DNA of 64,000 nt from Chrysomallon squamiferum (lineage: Eukaryota; Animalia; Mollusca), in contig CM022672.1 in NCBI GenBank assembly GCA_012295275.1, positions 35,650,001 through 35,714,000 on the forward strand, read 5' to 3'. The notes under the pieces were generated by a model. The model was given only the letters and a program-made list of their open reading frames with translations. It was not told where the DNA came from and searched no databases. The position numbers and the translations under genes were made by a program. Of the stretch, positions 63,601 to 64,000 are shown one piece after another. The number at the start of each line of letters is the position of its first letter. Position 1 is the first letter of the stretch.

Positions 63601-64000
63601 AGACATGTAGAACATGTTATTCTCATGCCCTATAACAATAAATTGATATTTTTTAGATAATCCTGACTGATGGATAGTTTGAGAGATAGAGAGACAGACA
63701 GACACATAGGTAGATTGATTTTATCTTTTCCTCTGTGTCAACACACCTATCTACCTAGCAATGTAGGTCTTAAATTCTAGCTTTCCCTGTCGGATCATGT
63801 AATTATAATCAGTTATAAAATATCATATTAATCTTGCATGATCATTCATTTTAATCATTTAATTTCTGATATTGTTTATAAAAAAATATGAATTTCTGAT
63901 ATTGTTTATAAAGTGTAGTTTAATTTCTATTTGTTTATAAAAAAGTGTATTGTTTAATTTCTGATATTGTTTATAAAAAATGTATTAATTTCTTATATTG

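Noticed and set aside
62071-63705. Long minus-strand ORFs (339, 477 and 203 aa)
   Set aside because: They are translations of the GATA/GACA satellite, open in several frames only because that strand lacks stops.

Overview
AT-rich, microsatellite- and minisatellite-dense animal genomic DNA. It looks lophotrochozoan, possibly mollusc, but that is an impression only. Three protein-coding genes can be reconstructed by hand. (1) A BTB-BACK-Kelch (KLHL24-like) gene with a single coding exon on the minus strand (1219-2967). (2) A complete 5-exon SEC22B orthologue on the minus strand (13372-16832, 217 aa). (3) A complete SEC16 gene with 27 coding exons on the plus strand (20498-57618, about 2009 aa) and a probable non-coding first exon ending at 17568. 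SEC22 and SEC16 both act in COPII/ER export. They sit head-to-head across about 0.6 kb that carries XBP1/CREB3-type (UPRE) motifs. SEC16 introns hold many tandem arrays, two of which multiply a real splice donor or a real splice acceptor. Three DNA-transposon relics are visible: a Tigger4/MER46-like MITE, a TIR element with a 7-bp TSD, and a decayed Sola2-like transposase. No rRNA, tRNA or CRISPR array was seen. All exon models are manual GT-AG and frame reconstructions without transcript data, and all homology statements come from recalled sequences, not searches.
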